A stretch of 51,921 nucleotides of DNA from a virus (taxonomy: Duplodnaviria; Caudoviricetes). Made by a program: the position numbers and the translations under genes. Below are positions 48,701 to 51,921 of this stretch, piece after piece (the stretch's first letter is position 1; each line of letters starts with the position of its first letter). The DNA lies in the IMG/VR virus record IMGVR_UViG_3300025251_001815, positions 1 to 51,921 of that record; one strand, given 5' to 3'. The notes under the pieces were generated by a model. The model had not been told where the DNA came from and ran no database searches. It was given only the letters and a program-made list of their open reading frames with translations.

Positions 48701-48910
48701 GATCTTTCCTAGCTCGATAAAGAGATCTGATGTCATTTTGACAAATTCCGGCGATATATCTGTCTTTGTGTGCGCTATATCACCAAGAAGGCAGATTAAA
48801 TCCACCCTTTGTTCGCGTAACTTGACATATAAGTCTTCAAAAGCAGCCTTATACTCCTTATGATACTTATAATTCCTAATATGAATGTCTGCTATGTGCG
48901 CAATTCTCAC
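45761..48910 (-). CDS. Mre11-Rad50 (SbcD-SbcC, T4 gp47-gp46) fusion nuclease/ATPase
   Basis: N-terminal ADIH, GDIAH, GNHD, HG, LGDIH, YPGS; then FFNYG, GKSYSGKSS, Q-loop, coiled coil with CKEC hook, GSGAE signature, ILDEPG, LITH. Likely GTG start at 48910. Confidence 0.93.
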   Translation of the reverse strand: MRIAHIADIHIRNYKYHKEYKAAFEDLYVKLREQRVDLICLLGDIAHTKTDISPEFVKMTSDLFIELGKIAPTKIILGNHDLNCKAKARLDAITPIVDALNDKNIELWKYSGIRKCGSYLNNDKTVLPVNFNVFSILDPENWTRPESGAINIALYHGSISGCTVDNGWVMENGDNNVECFEGHDLVLLGDIHKRQNMDKEGRIAYPGSLIQQNFAEDREKGFLVWNINSKDNIVSEFVPVKNIRPFINVSVENKALKCAKEDIRGARVRLVVNELLTTKETQDLLSEIREQLPESVVIQNNVGKLTGILDAEGRKIEKDDLAGTGVQNKFLEEFLSAHDVGDEKVQAVLELNKKYNHLVASSSPTTEQIQWDIDKIEWNNFFNYGENNEINFEDLNGIIGIFGKSYSGKSSVIDTLLFTIFNNSTKNVRKNINYINSDKDRADAKVHLKIDGQSFAVERKLEKYKKSGKPEAKSDVHFANVTSGEVLNQLDKKETDRQIQKVFGRFEDFLLTSVSSQLGSLSFINEGTTKRREVLSRFLGLDVFSKINDLVKVETRDLKGALKKASLEEVENKINKSKEELKDTKKDCKKIKISIDKQKGLIHEIKEAIAEASEAISNISILGIDIVELKDRHEFLLLHSDNVRQEIEDKQSKIDEYNLKLEKIEKFIEVYDYQGFLEKRETYEKIEKEIAGLLEEERRIRRDIEVDQEKIKILDSVPCKECEEFAGCRFIVGAVDSKKGVSKKLKAEEQARAKLAAFESVRGGEDFKKETERAEKYKKCELLEKELLVKILRLNAEIQECKTSVNKTNDELDEIDDKKARYYKDIENETRARELRELLEKKGCHLVSMERRLEESNKDYEGASRREAAIYGILGVLLEEEKQIKKLQADYEVYDLYLKATSSNGIPFAILKNNLSLINEQINNVLANVVDFKAYFATDDNRLEILLEHPGSELRPIELGSGAEKTLVSIAVRIAMTSFSNLPRANFFILDEPGTALDAENLRAFDRILDLLRQQFRFTLLITHISEMKDSVDKIIEVNKNNKYAYIKA

Positions 48911-48921
48911 TTCTAGCCCCT

Positions 48922-49866
48922 TTACGCATAAAAAACGTAGTTCAGCATGCACCCCTCTCTGTCTAGGCGCTGGGCGCCCGTTTTTCTCCGCTCAAAGACG
49001 TCTTTAGGCATCTCCGCTACGTCCTCATAGTCTCCGATTTCAATTTTATATACATCAATCCCATATTTCATGAGTTCTATAGCGATTTTATTCTCTTTTA
49101 TGTGGGCATCCGGGTCAAGAGCCAAATAAACCCCGGTATCATTATTAACAATCTTAGAGAACAGCACAGAATTTACATTCAAAGTAGAACCCAATAAAGG
49201 TATGGTATTATATCCGGCCCTAATGGCATCAAACACACCTTCGACCAGCACTATATCATCATTCCAGTTAATGTACAAATCATTAAAGACAATATTCCTA
49301 CTAACTTTTGGATTTTTGTACTTTAAAAAGTCTCCCGTATAGCTTCTTGCTATAAAATAATCAATTTCTCCTTCAATATCAAAAGAGGGTACGATAACTC
49401 TTCTTGCATATTCGCCAGTTGCACAATATCCAATCTTATTTAGCAAGATATCGTCCCGGGTTACCCCTCTTTCCTTAAGATATTTTTTAGCCATCAGGGC
49501 AGATCTGGGAACATCTTCATTTACTAGGCATATGTATTCTTCCGGAAGGACGACTTCTTCTCTTTTCTCGGTTTCCTCTTCAAAGATCTTATAAAAATCG
49601 TTGATATCAACAACTTCACCGGCTTCTAGCCATTCCTTTTTATCCTTGGGTTCTCCATATTTCTTAACAATTGCACTCAATGTGCTTCCAGAGAATCCAC
49701 ATGTCCAGCACTGAAACTTATTCTTCTCCACATTTACAGATAGTTTCTTTTTGCGGTGCTCGCAGGTAGGGCACGAGAACAGAAACTCCTGGTTCTGCTT
49801 CCTATACCTTCCTAAGATCCGCGATAGAACCTGTAGTTTTACCGTGCTTCCTTGCATTCTTTCCAA
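48922..49866 (-). CDS. DNA primase (zinc finger + TOPRIM)
   Basis: CPTCEH...CWTC, YLKERG, KYKNP, LVEGVFDA, LALDPDA, EDVAEM. Confidence 0.9.
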   Translation of the reverse strand: MERMQGSTVKLQVLSRILGRYRKQNQEFLFSCPTCEHRKKKLSVNVEKNKFQCWTCGFSGSTLSAIVKKYGEPKDKKEWLEAGEVVDINDFYKIFEEETEKREEVVLPEEYICLVNEDVPRSALMAKKYLKERGVTRDDILLNKIGYCATGEYARRVIVPSFDIEGEIDYFIARSYTGDFLKYKNPKVSRNIVFNDLYINWNDDIVLVEGVFDAIRAGYNTIPLLGSTLNVNSVLFSKIVNNDTGVYLALDPDAHIKENKIAIELMKYGIDVYKIEIGDYEDVAEMPKDVFERRKTGAQRLDREGCMLNYVFYA

Positions 49867-50369
49867 GCGCTTTTTGCTACGACATAGGCATCAGCCTTAT
49901 CATAGCAGTACGGCTTATACGTCCCCGTTCTTGTGTACTCTATAACAAAACTGGGTTCGGCTCCCAAGACATGCTCCAAAACATGTTTCTTGGTGTCCTT
50001 TCCCTTGGGAACCTTTATACCACAGAGCTTTCTGGCTGTCGCAGAATTAACGTACTCCGGCTTGATTGAAAAAATCTCGAAGCACATAAGTGACGTCATC
50101 CCGTTAATCTTAGAAAGAACCGCAATTGTATTCGCAGATGAATACCCGCTTCTAAACGACTGGAGAGACTCTTCAATGCATATCCTTTCGACTTCGAATT
50201 CTTCTTTGATTTTTGTTAGCATTCCTTTGATTTGCTCACATACATCAAATATGTCCGGATATTTGCGCCTGTTTCTCGTGTCAACATAATTGGAATATAC
50301 AAGTTCGCCATCGCGACTTATTATCGCAAAGCCAGTGGCGCTGGTGCTTACGTCCAATCCTAGAATCAT
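49839..50369 (-). CDS. RuvC-like Holliday junction resolvase
   Basis: ILGLDVSTSATGFAI, ICIEE, ARKLCG, DKADAYVVA. Confidence 0.85.
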   Translation of the reverse strand: MILGLDVSTSATGFAIISRDGELVYSNYVDTRNRRKYPDIFDVCEQIKGMLTKIKEEFEVERICIEESLQSFRSGYSSANTIAVLSKINGMTSLMCFEIFSIKPEYVNSATARKLCGIKVPKGKDTKKHVLEHVLGAEPSFVIEYTRTGTYKPYCYDKADAYVVAKSAWKECKEAR

Positions 50370-51703
50370 GTGTCTAGCGTGAGCTTAAAGGTATAATCTT
50401 GTTCTTCAGTCTTGCGAACAGGTGTCCCCACTTTCGCAACCCCTATTAGATTTCTATCTTTATCAAAAATTGCTACATTTGAAATAAATGTCTGTTTTTG
50501 GAATGTTCCAGATACGTTATGAAAAGAGCTAGAAACAGTGTTTTGTATTCGTGCGACTTCGTTCTGCTGGAAAGCGTATATGTTCGTGCTCGTTGGGTAT
50601 AGGCTCTGGCTAAACGCCAAATAGGTGGGGTTATTTGAATGATTTAGATGTGTCTTCGGTGCGTGCGCGAACATCGTCAACGCAGGTACTTCATGCACGC
50701 CCTCAAATTCAAGTTGGTAGCTGGAGATCTCAGCCTGCATAGGTCCTGCTGACTGTAAGAATGTTCGATCCGGCCCCACTCCGTTAAAGAAGTATTGCCA
50801 TTGAGGCCAGTCCGTAATATGACTGCCGCTTCCTCCAACCCCACCGCCAGCGTCACCAGCGACTCTCTTATAAAAGTCTTTATTGTCATCATTCTCAGAT
50901 AGCTTATAGCCTGTCCTTTTTGGGTCCGACGAGCCGCTCAATATAATGATTCCTTCATTATATAAGACCACTCCAACTGTCGAACTAAGCGGTACCGTAG
51001 CCGCCTGATTTCCACTTATTTGAATAAGATCCCCATTATGATAGAGATCATGCGCTTCAGCTATCTTGGTTCCAGAGATATAATATTTGAGCCTTACACT
51101 GCCCTTTCTAAGGCTATCGCCATAAAAGATCTTCGGTACATCAATTAAATTGTTTGTCACCGGAAATGCAGTATCATCTGGATCAAACTGCGTCGCCAAC
51201 TGGTCAAGGTCATTATGGTTGGCCATATATTGTGGACCATATGGCCTATAAAAATCCATCGTGTTTCCTAGCGCTCTGCGCATCAGTGCCCCTGAAAACT
51301 CCATCGGATTCAACTTTCTAAAATTAGGATCTCCGACAATCAAGGATGACGAATAATCAGAAAACCTAGAGGGTACATATAAAAAGCGCTTCACCGAGGC
51401 CGTAAACGGATATTCTCCTCTCTGAGGAAGAACTGTGTTTGTTCCATCGGTATCCTTACTAACAACAACATTCTCAAACTCCGAGCCTTCGCCCAAAGCA
51501 ACTATAATTGTAGACTGAGATACAACGTTGTACTCATATAGGTTTAAGGAACTACCCGAAACAAGAGGGGGTCCAATTGGAGTTGTTGCCGCAGTCTGCT
51601 TCTGGTTTATATACAAGGAGCCAGACCAAGAGAATATCTCATACTTGGGGTGAGTCCTCACTATATTCTTTAATACGTCGTTTCGCTTGAACTTATAAAA
51701 CAT
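50366..51703 (-). CDS. Putative structural (tail/baseplate/fibre-attachment) protein
   Basis: S/G/T-rich; VGVVLYNEGII, SNNPT, C-terminal ISNVAIFDKDRNLIGVAK..PVRK....TFKLTLD resembles tail-collar/fibre attachment domains. Confidence 0.6.
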   Translation of the reverse strand: MFYKFKRNDVLKNIVRTHPKYEIFSWSGSLYINQKQTAATTPIGPPLVSGSSLNLYEYNVVSQSTIIVALGEGSEFENVVVSKDTDGTNTVLPQRGEYPFTASVKRFLYVPSRFSDYSSSLIVGDPNFRKLNPMEFSGALMRRALGNTMDFYRPYGPQYMANHNDLDQLATQFDPDDTAFPVTNNLIDVPKIFYGDSLRKGSVRLKYYISGTKIAEAHDLYHNGDLIQISGNQAATVPLSSTVGVVLYNEGIIILSGSSDPKRTGYKLSENDDNKDFYKRVAGDAGGGVGGSGSHITDWPQWQYFFNGVGPDRTFLQSAGPMQAEISSYQLEFEGVHEVPALTMFAHAPKTHLNHSNNPTYLAFSQSLYPTSTNIYAFQQNEVARIQNTVSSSFHNVSGTFQKQTFISNVAIFDKDRNLIGVAKVGTPVRKTEEQDYTFKLTLDT

Positions 51704-51721
51704 GTCCTACTCCACTAATAC

Positions 51722-51729
51722 TAAGTAGT
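51722..51729 (-). promoter_or_regulatory. Putative late promoter variant ACTACTTA
   Basis: One-mismatch octamer 18 nt upstream of ATG 51703. Confidence 0.5.
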
Positions 51730-51754
51730 TAAGCCCCTAATAGTTTTTACAGTT

Positions 51755-51783
51755 CAAGTACCACAAAAGAACTCAGTTGTCAA
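51755..51783 (-). promoter_or_regulatory. Possible sigma70-type promoter TTGACA-17 bp-TACTTG with TGn extension
   Basis: Perfect -35, optimal spacing and extended -10 TG, but the -10 lacks the final T. Confidence 0.35.
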
Positions 51784-51813
51784 TTACAAAAGGTCCGACT
51801 AATGAATTTATTT

Positions 51814-51921
51814 TTAGAAATCCAAGCGTGTTCTAAGAATTAGATCCGTTTCTGGCGATTTCTTGATTGGCTCGGAAAGCTTCGCCACAGCCATCAATTC
51901 TCCATTTGATGAATATAGACC
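51814..51921 (-). CDS. C-terminal end of a structural protein paralogous to 50366-51703 (partial)
   Basis: Hand translation GLYSSNGELMAVAKLSEPIKKSPETDLILRTRLDF*, matching the neighbour's C-terminal motif. Confidence 0.75.
   Translation of the reverse strand, partial: GLYSSNGELMAVAKLSEPIKKSPETDLILRTRLDF

Overview
This window is 52 kb of a large, distantly T4-like myovirus genome. Every credible gene is on the minus strand, densely packed, in the standard genetic code. Reading in transcription order (right to left): two paralogous tail/baseplate-type proteins; RuvC-like resolvase, primase and a single-chain Mre11-Rad50 (SbcD-SbcC) fusion; a putative holin/spanin-like cluster; large terminase; a portal protein interrupted by a 363-aa LAGLIDADG intein; several unknown proteins that share an N-terminal motif; prohead protease; phage-encoded ribosomal protein bS21; scaffold, major capsid, neck, tail terminator, sheath and tube; a chaperone pair joined by a probable -1 frameshift; tape measure and baseplate genes; then a replication/metabolism block. 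That last block holds a minimal family A polymerase domain coupled to a divergent tubulin/FtsZ-like gene, gp32-like SSB, RecA/UvsX, 5'-3' exonuclease, DnaB-like helicase, class II RNR, canonical PurA, a GroES-like protein and a lytic transglycosylase. An octamer ACTA(A/T/C)TTA recurs upstream of about ten virion/lysis genes and looks like the late promoter. Two unlisted micro-ORFs (17 and 36 aa) and two partial edge ORFs were read by hand. The most intriguing items are the tubulin/mini-PolA unit, the portal intein, the bS21/late promoter/near-leaderless arrangement and the putative capsid-targeting motif family. All functional calls come from motif recognition by eye; no searches were run.
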